Shown here: positions 12,737-26,231 of the stretch, piece after piece
Numbering within the stretch: position 1 is the stretch's first letter
How the letters are laid out: every line of letters starts with the position of its first letter
Assembly (NCBI GenBank): GCA_951406725.2
Contig: OX597814.1
Coordinates: forward strand, 129,456,001 to 129,520,000
Direction of reading: 5' to 3'
DNA: 64,000 nt
Source of the DNA: Octopus vulgaris
Lineage: Eukaryota
Made by a program: the position numbers and the translations under genes
Notes under the pieces: model-generated
The model's database searches: none
The model's input: the letters and a program-made list of their open reading frames with translations, nothing else
Told to the model about the DNA's origin: nothing

Positions 12737-14035
12737 TCAGGCTGAGTAAAAAGTAAGCAACGTTTTGAAATGTGAAATTCACCACAATATATTTCAACAA
12801 TGTGGAAATTTTATTCATCAAAATAAGTACCATTACAATCAATACATTTTTGCTGAGTTACAAGTTTGCTTATTCCAGTAACATAAAAATCTGGAGTTCT
12901 GGAGCTGATGAACTCTTCGAATGTACTTTCAGCATCAGTTTGATTTTTGAACTCCTCCTCTTGCAGGAAACCATCAAGGTGCTTGAAGAAGTGGTAGTTG
13001 GTAGGTGAAAAGTCTGGGGAATAAGCTAGGTGGGGAAAAACTTTAAAGCCAAGTTCCCTCAACTTCTGCAGCATCATTAGTGAAACATGTGGTTGAGCAT
13101 TGTCATGAAAAATGAATGGCCTTCTTCTGTTGACCTGTCTGGGACAGAGGAGTTGCAGTTTTTCGTTCATTTTGGCAATTTTATGGTAATGTATTTCTGC
13201 AGTAATGGTTTTTTTCAGGTTTTAAGAAGTAAAAGTAGCTGAGTCCAGCAGTACACCACCAAACAGTCACCATAACCTTTTTGAAGAGCTTGAGTTTACG
13301 GAAGGTTTGCAGTGCTTCATTTTCGTCCAACCACTGCAAATAACATTTTTTATTATTGTACAGAATCCACTTTTCATCGCAAGTTACAATACGGTAGAGA
13401 AATGGATCGGTCTGGTTACAGAGAAGGAGTGACGAGCTAATTTCATATCTGCACATTTTCTGATTTTCATTCAAATTGTGTGGTACCCATTTGAAGAGCT
13501 TTTTTGATTTTCTGATCGCAGGCAGTTTTCTGACTAACTTGAAGTTCTTTTGATAGTTCTCAAGTGGTTTTATGTGGATCTTTCTCAATAATGGTCTTTA
13601 ATTGACCGTCATCCATGACAGATGGACGTCCACTATGCTCATGATCTTCAAGGCAGCTCAAGTCTCCACTGCAAAATCGTTTAAACCATTTACGAGCTGA
13701 CCACTCAGCTCAAAGTTTCATTGATATCGTAAGCAATTTTAGCTGCTTTACGTCTTTTTTTTAAAGTTGAATAGCAAAACTACTTGAATATCACACTTTG
13801 ACAGTTCCATTTCAGATGGTGGAAAAAATATCAATGTTAATTTGATGCATTTGGGCAAGTCTGTATAATCAGACAATTGCAAAAAAAAAAAAAATGTTAA
13901 TTTGATGCATTTGGGCAAGTCTGTATAATCAGACAATTGCAAAAAAAAAAAAAATGTTAAGAAAAATTAAAAACTGCAATAATCTAGTACAAATTCTTCA
14001 TGGTTGAAAACATTGCTTACTATTTACTCAACCTA
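12737..14035 (-). mobile_element. Full-length defective mariner (Hsmar1/cecropia-like) inserted into a SINE
   Basis: ~30-bp TIRs (AGGYTGAGTAAAWAGTAAGCAAYGTTTT), TA flanks. Transposase in pieces: MELSKCDIQVVLLFNF, KWVPHNL, IVTCDEKW, FHDNAQPH, YSPDFSPTNYHFF, KCIDCNGTYFD; frameshifted. Confidence 0.95.
13833..13960. repeat. Perfect 60-bp tandem duplication in the mariner 5' UTR
   Basis: AATGTTAATTTGATGCATTTGGGCAAGTCTGTATAATCAGACAATTGC(A)n twice, then AATGTTAA. Confidence 0.95.
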
Positions 14036-14374
14036 TAGAATGTGATAGGGCTGGCCCTTTGAATTACAAGCACAACTTGTTTTTGCCAGCTGAGTGGACT
14101 AGAGCAACATGAAATAAAGCATCTTAATTAAGGACACATTTCACTCCCAGGTATCAAGCTCATGACCTTACAATCATGAGCTGGATACCCTAACCACTAA
14201 GCCACATGCCTTCACATGTGATACATAAAACATATTTTCCCTGGCATCTATGCACCATATATGAGACACATTCCCAATTTTATTCAACCACCAGAATAAC
14301 TTGAGATATATGAGAGGTAAGTTTTATATTAGTCAGAATGTATGAAACAAGGGCTAACTAAAAGTTTAAAAACA

Positions 14375-14869
14375 AGCCAGTGGCACATAAAAAGCACCAT
14401 CCAAGCTTAATCGTTGCCAGGGCTGCTGATTGGCTCCCATGCCAGTGGCATGTAAAAAGCACCATCTGAGCATGATCGTTGCCAGAGCGGTTAACTGGCT
14501 TCCGTGCCAGTGGCACGTAAAAAGCACCATTCGAGTATGATCGTTACCAGTGTCACCTTACTGGCACGTGAAAAAACATTTGAGTAAGGTCGTTGCTAGG
14601 GCCACTGGACTGGCTCCTGTGCAGGTGGCATGTAAAAAGACACCATTTGAGTGTGGCTGTTGCCAGTACCGCCTGATTGGCCCTTGTGCCGGTGGCATGT
14701 AAAAGTGCCCACTACACTCTCGGAGTGGTTGGCATTAGGAAGGGCATCCAGCTGTAGAAACTCTGCCAGATCAGATTGGAGCCTGTTGCAGCCATCTGGT
14801 TCGCCAGCCCTCAGTCAAATCGTCCAACCCATGCTAGCATGGAAAGCGGACATTAAATGATGATGATGA
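14375..14869 (+). mobile_element. RTE LINE 3' end with ~6 tandem units
   Basis: Same unit and (ATG)n tail. Confidence 0.88.
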
Positions 14870-15379
14870 GGTTTAGGACAAACTTATGAAAATACTTTGG
14901 ACAGGTAACGTGTTAAGATAACAGGATGTGATGTGGAGCAGAGTTATCTGCTATGTCCAATAATCTCCTGTAGAACATATTTGGTTTCTATTTTACCTGC
15001 ATAGTAAAAACTCAGTCAAGGTAAAGCAGATACACAATGAAACCCAGTAGCTATGAATAAACAAGCTACGAGCCAATAGCATAACATCTAATTTAATGAC
15101 TCCCAGTATATTCAGCCACTACATTTATTTTCCATCTTCCAAATGTTTGTAGGTTACTTGCAATTATTGCCTCGGTTTTTCTGACATGCATCATTTCACT
15201 TCTGATGTGTGTGTGTAATAGATATATTTTCTCTCTGACACACAAAGGAAAAAGCAGTTTCTGATAAATGAGAGCAACAGAGAAATATAAAATGAGTGAG
15301 GTATGACTTTTACAGAGATTAACAAAGTGCAGGTAATGCACTGCTTGTACTATTCAGTTCAATGGAAGTTTGAATATTT

Positions 15380-15426
<47 letters not shown>

Positions 15427-15950
15427 TCACACATTCACACAATGGACTCTGAACTGTTTTGCTGATTTGTAGTAACTATTTGTAGTTTCGATGATGGGGT
15501 AGTAACTACAGTAATTTTACTGACCTAATTACCACCAGAGATAGAAAGCTATCACCATAACACAGCTGTTTTTCCAATAGTGTAATGTCTAGGATATCAA
15601 GTGGGTAGATACTGTTCAGGAGTCTATAACAGGTTCGAAAGGCAATATAGGTATTGTGTGTGTAAGAAAGTTTCTATGAGACTTATAAGTGTTTGTGTGT
15701 CACATGTGTTTGAACATGGGAAATGTTCCTTTTCTTTTAAACTCTACAGTTTTCAAGCCCTTTTGTATTCAACCTGCCTTTCATAATGCATAGCTAACAC
15801 ACTTCGACATGTTCATCATCATCATGGTCACAAGCATGTCGGACTGAATTGGTGTGGTGTACATACACTATAATCTGGAAAGACAAACTAAATGTAGATG
15901 GCCAGAGAAAGTAATTGAATATTAGAACCTATACAGTAAGAAAAATAACT

Positions 15951-16378
15951 GCACAGGGCCTTGGATGCACAAGTGCACAGGGCCTCAGACGCACAAATGA
16001 ACAGGACCCCGGATGCACAAGTGAACAGGGCCCCCGATGCACAAGTGAACAGGGCTTCGGACGAACAAGTGAACAGGGCTTCGGACGCACAAGTGAACAG
16101 GGCTTCGGACACACAAGTGAACAGGGCCTCGGACGCACAAGTGAACAGGGTCTTGGACGCACAAGTGAACAGGGCCTCGGACGCAAAAGTGAACAGGGCC
16201 TTCGACACACAAGTGAACAGGGCCTTCGACACACAAGTGAACAGGTCCTTGGACACACAAGTGAACAGAGCCTTGGACGCATAAGTGAACAGGGCCTCGG
16301 ATACACAAGTGCACAGGGCCTTGGACACAAAAGTACACAGGGCCTCAGACACACAGCTATACACAAGCTCTGACACAC
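15951..16378. repeat. 24-bp minisatellite, ~17.5 copies
   Basis: Consensus GAACAGGGCCTCGGACGCACAAGT; no indels in the full copies. Confidence 0.97.
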
Positions 16379-16939
16379 TACACTAACTCCATCATGTAAT
16401 GCAAATAGATATTTAAAAGTTGAAAGATAATAAAGGGCAGTATAGGCCAGAGATGTATGGACACTAGAATGAGACATTGGGTGCAGGTGTTTAAATGCTG
16501 ATGATTTGGCATGATTGACTAGACATAGTATGCTTTGGCAACAGTGCTTTTTGGTGCTTGAGGGATGCACAGCTGTATAGAAGTATAGAGGCATTACAAT
16601 TTTAATTGAACATGACTGGCATACACTTTCTCTGCCTCATTAACGGAGAGAGAGAGAAACATTAAAAAATCTGATGCGAAATAGCCAGTATCAAATTATC
16701 AATGCCAAAGAGCAAGTGCCAAAATGTCTTGTACCTTATTGGTATGTACCACATAGCTATAGCAGTATGGTACTGATACTATGATGTCAAAGGTCATAGG
16801 TAGCTATCACTGCTCTGCTAGAAATGATGATCATTATCTCATCACCATCATCATCAATGACAGGCAGACTTAAGGTATAGTAATGCTGGTGATGGTTAGC
16901 CAAGACCAGCTTAGTTACAACAGTCTTATAACATATAAG

Positions 16940-17290
16940 ATCATCATCATCGTTTAATGTCCGCTTTCCATGCTAGCATGGGTTGGACAATTTGACTGAG
17001 GACTGGCAAGCCAGAAGGCTGCACCAGACTCCAATCTGATCTGGCAGAGTTTCTACAGCTGGATGCCGTTCCTAACGCCAATCACTATGAGAGTGATGTG
17101 GGTGCTTTTACATGACACCGGCACGAAGGCTAGTCAGGTGGTACTGGCAATGGCCACGCTCAAATGGTGCTTTTATGGTGCCACCTACACAGGAGCCAGT
17201 CCAGCGGCACTGGCAACGACCTCGCTCGAATGTTTTTTCACGTGCCACCAGCACAAGTGCCAATGAGGCGACGCAGGTAACGATCACGCT
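16940..17290 (-). mobile_element. RTE LINE 3' end
   Basis: (CAT)n plus reverse-complement terminal block and units. Confidence 0.85.
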
Positions 17291-17722
17291 AATGCTTAGT
17301 GGTATTTCATCTGCTGTCCAACCCATGCTAGCATGGAAAGCGGACGTTAAACGATGATGATGATGATGATGATGATGATGTTACATTGTGAGTTCAAATT
17401 CCGCCGAGATTGACTTTGCCTTTCATCCTTTCGGGGTCAATTAAATAAGTACCAGTTACGCACTGGAGTCGATGTAATCGACTTAATACTTATGTCTGTC
17501 CTTGTTTGTCCCCTCTATGTTTAGCCCCTTGTGGGTAATAAAGAAATAGGTATTTCATCTGCAGTTACGTTGTGAGTTCAAATTCCGCCAAGGTTGACTT
17601 TGCCTTTCATCCTTTCGGGGTCAATTAAATAAGTACCAGTTACGCACTGGGGTCAATGTAATCGACTTAATACCTATGTCTGTCCTTGTTTGTCCCCTCT
17701 ATGTGGGCAATAAAGAAATAGG
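17290..17722 (+). mobile_element. Tandem dimer of family B SINE with a short RTE tail inserted at 17317-17379
   Basis: Two consecutive GAGTTCAAATTCCGCC...AATAAAGAAATAGGTA copies. Confidence 0.85.
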
Positions 17723-18434
17723 TAATCATAATGATGACAACAAACAGAAGACTAAACAGAAGTCTGGTTTCTATTACAACTCTATTGACAAAACAAATCT
17801 CTGTTTCAGTCAATGGGAATGAGGTACACAAGAACTTGTTTATTTGAGTCAAGTCACCTTATGAACACAAAGAAAACACAACACTATTATTTATGTGCAT
17901 GTATAAAAGAGATAGAAAGAAAGAACTAAAAGAAGGTAGGTGTATATGTATGGAAACATATATAACAGCAATTTAGCAGCAACCAAAATAAACATAAAGA
18001 GAAGAAAGTAAGTGTTTACATTTTACAAGTTTGAAATGTGAAACAGGTGATCTTATTTAAAGATATAGCTGGCCTTATTTTTCTTTGCTGCTCTTTCATT
18101 TTTTATTATTATTATCATTATTTTTTAATTGTTTTCTATTAATTATCATATTTTGTTTACTCATCATATACTACCACAACATCAGAAGCATATCAAATAT
18201 TGCTGTGTAATTTGATTGGATAAACAGATTTGTTTTGTTTCGTTTTCGTTTTGTTTTTGTATGCGAGTTTTCTCTTGCCATACAAATGATTTAGGCGATC
18301 CACAGTGCTGTTTGTTTTTCCAGTTTTTTATGTAATAGAAGCTTCGTACAAAGAAGACAAAGCAAATGAATAAAGTTACTTCACAATGACACAAAGGCAA
18401 ACAAAGTAGTATGATACAAGCCTTGGGCATATTC

Positions 18435-18555
18435 GGTGGTGGTGGTGGTGGTGGTGGTAGTGACAGTAGAGATGATGGCAGTAGTAGTAGTAGTAGTAGT
18501 AGTGATGGTGATGATGGTAGTAATAGTAGCAGTGGTGATGGTGGTAGTAGTAGTA
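18435..18555. repeat. (GGT/AGT/GAT)n trinucleotide microsatellite
   Basis: Direct read. Confidence 0.9.
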
Positions 18556-19084
18556 ACATCAGCTGTAAGGAACTACAGCACTTGGCATAATGCTATTAAA
18601 CATGAAAGAGTTGAACGCTCTCCAAATTAAAAACTGCAGATCGCATGCGTGTAGAATGGAAAATATTGTCAATGAGCAAAATGCCGATGTAAACAATACA
18701 GGCATTATCCACACCGATCCCAACCCCTCCCCAACTCCACTCCCGGGTTATGGAAGTGAAGTGTTCTTGAAAAGTCTTGTTGCAAAGTAAAACTTTATTA
18801 TTTTCCCATTGACTTCAATGTTAGATTATCCCCTACTAACTGCTATCACCATCATCGCCGTCACCACCGCCGCAATCATCACCACCAACACTACCACCAT
18901 CATCATCATTACATTATACTGTTTCTTTTGTGTTAGAATGATTAATCATCGTTTCCAATACATAAAACAAAAATATTTCAAGACTGTCAACACATTTCTT
19001 CCATTCCAACAATTAAATTTATTTCTACTTTTCAAACACAGACAGAAGTGAATTGTTGCAATATTTCTGTTTTGTCCCCAATCC

Positions 19085-19126
<42 letters not shown>

Positions 19127-19259
19127 CATCATCATCATTGCTGTCAGTTACAGGTGGTGTTGTTGTTATGGTAACTAGTTTTTTTTTTTTAATTATAATT
19201 AATATTATGATTAATATTTCCCAAGTTGATATTTTCTAACAATTTTCTTTATCCACTCT

Positions 19260-19590
19260 TTGAGAATGAAATAGGCTAAACTGGTGGAGCTATACCAAAG
19301 CAACGGGTTATACACAAGACATGATCCCATTAAAATGGGATGCAGAGGGTTTTCAAGCAGTCCCCCTGCAGAACTTACATGTTTGGCATCACAGGGGCCA
19401 GTAAACAGAAAGCCACCAAGTTGGCTATGGAGGCAGCTGTGGATCAGGAGGTGCAAGCCCTAGTAGGAGCAGTGCTACTAGAGGCAATGCTAACTTTACA
19501 CAAGCTGGGTCTGAATCAACTCTGGTTATGTCACCTGGGTGAGGGTATCTGATGTTGAAAGACCCAGATACATCACAGGATTATGATGTA
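19260..19590 (+). mobile_element. 3' fragment of a Hero/R2-superfamily (RLE) non-LTR element
   Basis: KLVELYQSNG..DPIKMGCRGF..QSPCRTY.FGITGASKQKATKLAMEAA resembles the PIEVGCRGF C-terminus; UTR remnant CCTGGGTGAGGGTATCTGATGTTGAAAGACCC. Confidence 0.65.
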
Positions 19591-19611
19591 TGGGAAAGAT
19601 TATCAGTCTTT

Positions 19612-19966
19612 TTTTTTTCAGGCATTTGATTGTGATAATGCTGGAGCACCACCTTTAGTCAAACAAATCAACACCAGGATTTATTCTTTGTAAGCCTAGT
19701 ACTTATTCTATAGTTCTGTTTTTCCGAACTGCTAAGTTACGGGGATGTAAACACACCAACATCAGTTGTCAAGTGATGGTGGGGGGACAAACACAAACAC
19801 ACACACACACATCATCATCATCATCTAACGTCCACAGTTTCACTCACAAGGTTGGCCTGGGGCTCTATCAGAAGACACTTGCCTAAAGTATTATGCAGTG
19901 AGATTGAACCCACAACCATGAGGATGTGGCATGAACCATTTAACCACACTGTCATGTCAGTGCCTA
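19612..19966 (-). mobile_element. SINE family A with a short (CAT)n insert
   Basis: Same head and tail. Confidence 0.8.
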
Positions 19967-20659
19967 AATTTTCATAATCTCAGTAGGCATATCCAGGAAT
20001 AAGACCCTGGATAAGAACCACAAATCAAAATGATGAAATTGTAGAATAGACATAATGACTAGAATCTTTTAGCTCTAAAGATGAGGTTAAGAGTTAGAAA
20101 CATTTTAATTGCTTTATCAATAGCTCACACCTGACATTCAAATATTTAATATATCCTATTGTAACTGAATTTCTTTATTGAATTCAAGGCATCAATGGAG
20201 AAAAAAGATCAATGAGAAAATTTATACAATAAAATTTAGATATTATATTTGTTAAAGAATACATTTAATAAATCTTAATTAAAAACACATGAAAATTAAA
20301 GTCTCTCACGAGCCATTTTACAGCTTTATTGCTGTTTTTATGAACAAAATGTTTAGATAATTTTATAAGCATTATTAATTATGTATTAATAACATTATGG
20401 ACTCATAAAAATAATCTAATATAGCTATTAATCAGTAGCTGTAGAATAGTTCTAATGAATTTTAAATTTTTCTTTCACGCACACACACACCACACGCATG
20501 CACACAAAACAGAAACCCATATATGATAAGAAAAATAAAAATGTAAGATGCCGTTAGACTTCAATAATAAGGTGCGTATTCCCAGGGGTTGAGGAATATG
20601 TCCACAAGGAAGTAGAATTTGTGTGCGTGTAAGGGTCTTACAATGTAGCATACTAACAA

Positions 20660-20834
20660 AGGTGTGGACATAGCTGTGTAGTTAAGAAGCTCACTTTGTG
20701 ACCGTGTGGTTTTGAGTTCAGTCCCACTGCATGGTACCTTGGCTAAATGTTTTCTCATAGACTGAGTAATGCCTTGTGACTGAATCTGGTAGACAGAAAC
20801 TGTGTAGAAACCAGTCGCGCGAGCGCGGGTGTTA

Positions 20835-20886
<52 letters not shown>

Positions 20887-21048
20887 ACCTGTTGAGTACC
20901 TTTAACTTAGCAGCTTGGGCAAAAGAGACAGGTAGCATAAATACCAGACTTTAAAAAAAACATAAGCACTGGGGCTGATTTGTTCAGCTAATCTCTTCAG
21001 AGTGGTGCCCCAGCATGGCCAGTCCAATGTCTAAAGCCAGTAAAAGAT
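20660..21048 (+). mobile_element. SINE family A, older copy with central (GA)n
   Basis: Diverged head and tail; (GA)n at 20838-20884. Confidence 0.75.
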
Positions 21049-21477
21049 ATATTAGAAATCCTTAAACAAAGAAGACAAAGATCTCAACCAAAAGTATTCT
21101 GCTAAGATACAATGACATGCGAGTAATGGATTTGCAGTCAAGACCCTAAAAAGTATGTATTGCATTAATATTATCTTATTTATGATGATGATGATTTGGT
21201 CATCTTTCTAAATCTCAATGATATAACAGAAACAAAGATAAGTTTGTATAAGGTGGAATTCTGATTGCTGTAAAGAATGGAAAAACTAATACTTTAAGCT
21301 CTTGATGTTCGACATAGAGAAAGACCCTTCACAGACAGGCTTCTTTCAATTTCTGTCCACCAATGCCACTCACAAAGGCTTAGTAGAAGACACTTGCCCA
21401 AGGTGCGAAACAGTAAGGACTGAACCTAGAACCATGTGGTTGGGAATCAAGCTTCTTACCACACAGCCACACTATAT

Positions 21478-21688
21478 TCTTTACTCTTTTACTTTGCTTC
21501 AGTCATTTGACTATGGCCATGCTGGAGCACCGCCTTTAGTCGAGCAAATCGACCCCAGGACTTATTCTTTGTAAGCCTAGTACTTATTCTATCGGTCTAT
21601 TTTGCTGAACTGCTAAGTTATGGGGACGTAAACACACCACAATTGGCTGTCAAGCAATGTTGGGGGACAAACACAGACACACAAACAT

Positions 21689-21761
<73 letters not shown>

Positions 21762-21932
21762 TATATACAACGGGCTTCTTTCAGTTTCCGTCGACCAAAT
21801 CCACTCACAAGGCTTTGGTCAGCCCAAAACTATAGTAAAAGACACTTGCCCAAGGTGCCACGCAGTGGGACTGAACCCGGGACCATGTGGTTGGTAAGCA
21901 AGCTACTTACCACACAGCCACTGCTGCGCCTA
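21478..21932 (-). mobile_element. SINE family A, full length (a head fragment lies at 21335-21470)
   Basis: Same head, body and tail; long central (TA)n. Confidence 0.9.
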
Positions 21933-22431
21933 GGTCTGAAAATATGTACAAGATGGTCTGCAGCTGAAATGACTTTGATCCTAAAAATATGTTTGGTCAG
22001 CATTAAATAACAACAAAAGCAGATTCAAAGGATTGCACTGGATTATACATGAACTACAAACACAAATACACAGATAAAAAAGTTAATCCTTTTAAGAACC
22101 ATAAAGTGTGTCTATAAAGCCACCATCTAATTACTGTTTCTGTAGCATTAAGCTGATGCCAAATATTGCCAGTGGCAGTCCACTAATCCATTGGAAGTTA
22201 TTTTCTCATTTGTTCAGTTAGATGAATGGACATACAGAATAAAGTAGCCTGTCAAACAGAATATAGTAAAATGCTTGCGGAGGATTTGAACTTACAGATC
22301 ATGAACTGATTACACCAATATTTTATCCACTTGGCAGTTTCACCTCTACAACAGTAGAATGGTAGAGAAATATGGCATAACAGTTGGTTCCAGAGATCTG
22401 AAGAATATATTCTTTACATTTGCTCCTTATT

Positions 22432-23020
22432 ATCTTACCTTTTGCTTGTTTCAGTCATTGGACTGTGGCCATGCTGGGGCACTGCCTTGAAAGGTTTAAT
22501 CAAACTAATCAACGCCAGTATTTATTTTTGGAGTGTGACACTTATTATTATTTCTTTATTTCCATAAGGGGCTAAACATAGAGGGGACAAACAAGGACAG
22601 ACAAAGGGATTAAGTCAATTACATCGACCCCAGTGCATAACTGGTACTTAATTTATCGACCTCGAAATGATGAAAGGCAAAGTTCACCTTGGTGGAATTT
22701 GAACTCAGAACATAATGGCAACGTTTCTGCCAGCTTGCCGCCTTTTGATATTTATTCTACCAGTCTCTTCTGATACTTATTCTACCAGTCTCTTTTTCCG
22801 AATCACTAAGTTACAGGGACATAAATACATCAACACCAGTTGGCCAATACAAAGACACACATGATTTACTTCCGCAGTTTCCCTCTACTAAATTCACTCA
22901 CAAGATTTTAGTCAGTCTGGAGCTATGGTAGAAGACACTTGCAGAGGTGCTGCACAGTGGAACTGCACCTGAAACTGCATAATTGCAAAGTGAGCTTTTT
23001 TAACCACACAGCTATGCCTG
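22432..23020 (-). mobile_element. Old family A SINE with nested family B SINE (22550-22742)
   Basis: Family A sequence resumes after the B insert. Confidence 0.78.
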
Positions 23021-23601
23021 GATCTATGTCCACTATTGTCCATTGTTTCATCTACAAGGCCTAATAAATGCTAAATTGACTTGATATGTCTTCTCTAAAA
23101 CAAAAAAGAAATAAAACATAAGGCTCCTTCCTGAATCATATGGACTCATAAAGCTGGCTTCCCATTTTTTTTGTGGTGTACGTATTCCACCTTGAATAGG
23201 AGGCCAGTCCATCACAGGTTTACTAATTTTTGCCAGCTGAGTGGACTGGAGCAATACAAAATGAAATACTTTGTTCAAGAACACAATGCACTGCCCAGTC
23301 CAGGAACTGAAACTACAATGTTACAATTATGATTCCAACACTTTAACCACTAAGCCATGTGCCTTCACCTTCTCTATCACTATTAACTCACAACAGGTCC
23401 ATCCACTCCCAAAGCTAAAGAGAAAGAATCAATATGATTGCATGACCTGCTAGAAATACCAGTAAATCTTCTGCCATTAAAAGAGGAAAGGACACATTAG
23501 TTAATGTAGTCCAAGATACATTGTACCTAAGAAAACAAAAAAGGCAGAATGATTACAGCTGGAATGCTTTTGATCATAGGTTTCCTGATTTAAGGTTGAT
23601 T

Positions 23602-24010
23602 TCATCATCATCATCATCATCGTTTAACATCCGTTTTCCATGCTACCATGGGTTGGACAGTTCGACCGGGGTCTGGGAAGCCAGGAGGCTGCACCAGGCT
23701 CCAGTCTGATCTGGCAGTGTTTCTACAGCTGGATGCCCTTCCTAACGCCAACCACTCCAAGAGAGTAGTGGGTGGTTTTTACGTGCCACCGGCACAGGGT
23801 CCAAAGGAGGCTGGCAAACGGCCTCGATCGGTTGGTGCTTTTTACATGTCACTGACACAGACGCCAGACAGGCAGCGCTGGCATCTGCCACGTTCGGACG
23901 GTGCAATTAACATGTCACCAGCAAGGGTATCTTAACTACAATTTCCATTTGATTTTCATTTTGATGTTGGTGTTGACATACTTGACTCAATAGGTTTCCT
24001 CAAGAACAGC
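23602..24010 (-). mobile_element. RTE LINE 3' end
   Basis: (CAT)n plus reverse-complement terminal block and units. Confidence 0.85.
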
Positions 24011-24729
24011 GGGATAGCAACATGCCTATATCAATGCAAGCAGTCTTGTTCAAGTGCAGAGAGAGAGAGAGAACATTTTCAAAATAACTGGCTTATTTTC
24101 ACCAACGAATATCATTGTAAAGCCTGTTCACTGAAGTGCCAGCATCAACATTTCAACTGCCTTCAATTAGCAAAAAGAGACACCAAATACAAAATTACAT
24201 TCATACCAGCTTCCCTAATTCTAACAATTCATTGATAAGCTGCCAGTAAGTCAGACAGAGCACAATTATAAACACAAGTCATAAACTAATATTTAGTATT
24301 CTGTATTATGTAACCCTTTACATAACAACCCACCTCAGACCAGCTCTTGTTCCATGCTATGACCCAATAAAGATTGCTCATATTAAAAATGGTTGTTATA
24401 TGAATGATTACTTAGATTGGAAATTCTTCATTGTAGTTTTATAGATGGAAACTTCTTTGTTGAGTTGCATTCCAGCAAGTTTCAATGTACGGAACTCATT
24501 AATAATGTTAGAAGAGAAAAACAGTGAGATGGTGGATTAAGAAGTAGAAGAGGAGAAAAAGCTTTGATAGACATTAGTTTTGCACATCATCATCATCATT
24601 GTTTAATGTCCGTTGTCCATGCTGGGATGGGTTGGATGGTTTGACATTGACAGGGAGCTGTCCAGACTCCAGTTGTTTATTGTGAGATAGTCCTCTATGA
24701 CTGGATGCCCAAGAGATCTCATATATATA

Positions 24730-24769
<40 letters not shown>

Positions 24770-24773
<4 letters not shown>

Positions 24774-25163
24774 CGCAAGAGTGGCTTCGTGGTAAATAGT
24801 TTGTTTACCAACCACATGGTTCTGGGTTCAGTCCCACTGCGTTGCACCTTGGGCAAATGTCTTCTACTATAGCCTCAGGCCAACCAAAGCCTTGTGAGTG
24901 GATTTGGTAGACAGAAACTGAAAGAAACCCATTGTATATATGTAAATGTGTGTGTGTGTATTTATGTGTTTGTGTTTGTACCCCCAACATCGCTTGACAA
25001 CCGATGGTGGTGTGTTTACGTTCCCGTAATGTAGCGGTTCGGGAAAAGAGACCAATAGAATAAGTACTAGGCTTACAAAGAATAAGTCCTGAGGTTGATT
25101 TGCTCGACTAAAGGCAGTGCTCCAGCATGGCCGCAGTCAAATGACTGAAACAAGTAAAAGAGT
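24770..25163 (+). mobile_element. SINE family A, full length
   Basis: TAGGCGCAAGAGTGGC...CAAGTAAAAGAG. Confidence 0.9.
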
Positions 25164-25169
25164 ATATAC

Positions 25170-25299
25170 ACAGCAGTAGAAACTCTGCCAGATCAAGATT
25201 GGAGCCTGGTGTGGCTATCTGGTTCGCTGGCCCTCAGTCAAATCATCCAACCCATGCTAGCATGGAAAGCAGACGTTAAACGATGATGATGATGATGAT
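25170..25299 (+). mobile_element. Short RTE LINE 3' end
   Basis: Terminal block and (ATG)n. Confidence 0.8.
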
Positions 25300-26231
25300 A
25301 CACAAACATATAAATATAAATATATAAATATAAACAGATTTCATATTCTAAACACCATAATCTTCAGCTCTTGCTCTCTTTCTGAAGATTACAATAATCA
25401 CAATAAAAACATACACATGCATGCATATACACATTTTCGACAAATGTCTATCAAACATCATCTGAGTACAAAACACAAGCTACAAAAAGTGTGTATGGGA
25501 AGAAAACTAGTTTTCCACAATGTCTTCATCAGATAACTGCCATTTGAGATGGTGACTGTCAAAATGCAATTGAAATCTTCCATTATGCACAAAGAAATCA
25601 ATGAAACAAATTAAATGTCACTATTAAAATATCAGTTGACATAAACTGTGATCTGATGATGGCATTAAGAATGGAGACATATCAGACAACAAGCAGTAAA
25701 ACTAACTGCAAATGTTTAATGTCAAATATCACAAGCACATGCATACACACACACACAGACACACACACGTGCTTGCACATAATCATACGTACATGGTTAG
25801 TGGTAGGGTTTTTTAAAGAAATATTGTAAAATAAAGAAGAGAGATTCCATTCTCTCACTAATTTTAGTGATTTTCTTGAACCAGTAAAACAACTCTTCAT
25901 CACATAAGTAGGGCACCTGTAAAGACTTGGACTGTAAAACTGAACCTAAATCCATGAACGTTTTCTACAGAACTTCTCATATTATGAAATCACACTTGAT
26001 GTTGTCTAAACTAGGCCTGGTTACCAGCTGTATCAACAAACACAAAAGAGATAGAGAGAGAATTCATTGTCACATCAACATCCGATCCATAATCCTTGCT
26101 ACTCTTATGTTAAATCCACCTCAAACATCCAGGCATCATAAGCATCTTGTCATCAGTTCTGGTGTATTATATGTATGACCAAGTTGTTTAGTAAATTCAA
26201 CTATTTTTAACAGGATGTCTTAAAACCAAAG

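Noticed and set aside
15951-16378. CRISPR-like array
   Set aside because: Units are contiguous with no unique spacers, no cas genes, and the context is eukaryotic. The same applies to the LINE 3'-UTR units, whose inter-motif segments are homologous to each other.
15888-16594. Five long overlapping ORFs (107-221 aa)
   Set aside because: By-product of a stop-poor 24-bp minisatellite; variation mainly follows CpG decay, not codon position.
18182-18630. Pro/Leu- or Val-rich ORFs resembling signal peptides
   Set aside because: Generated by trinucleotide microsatellites.
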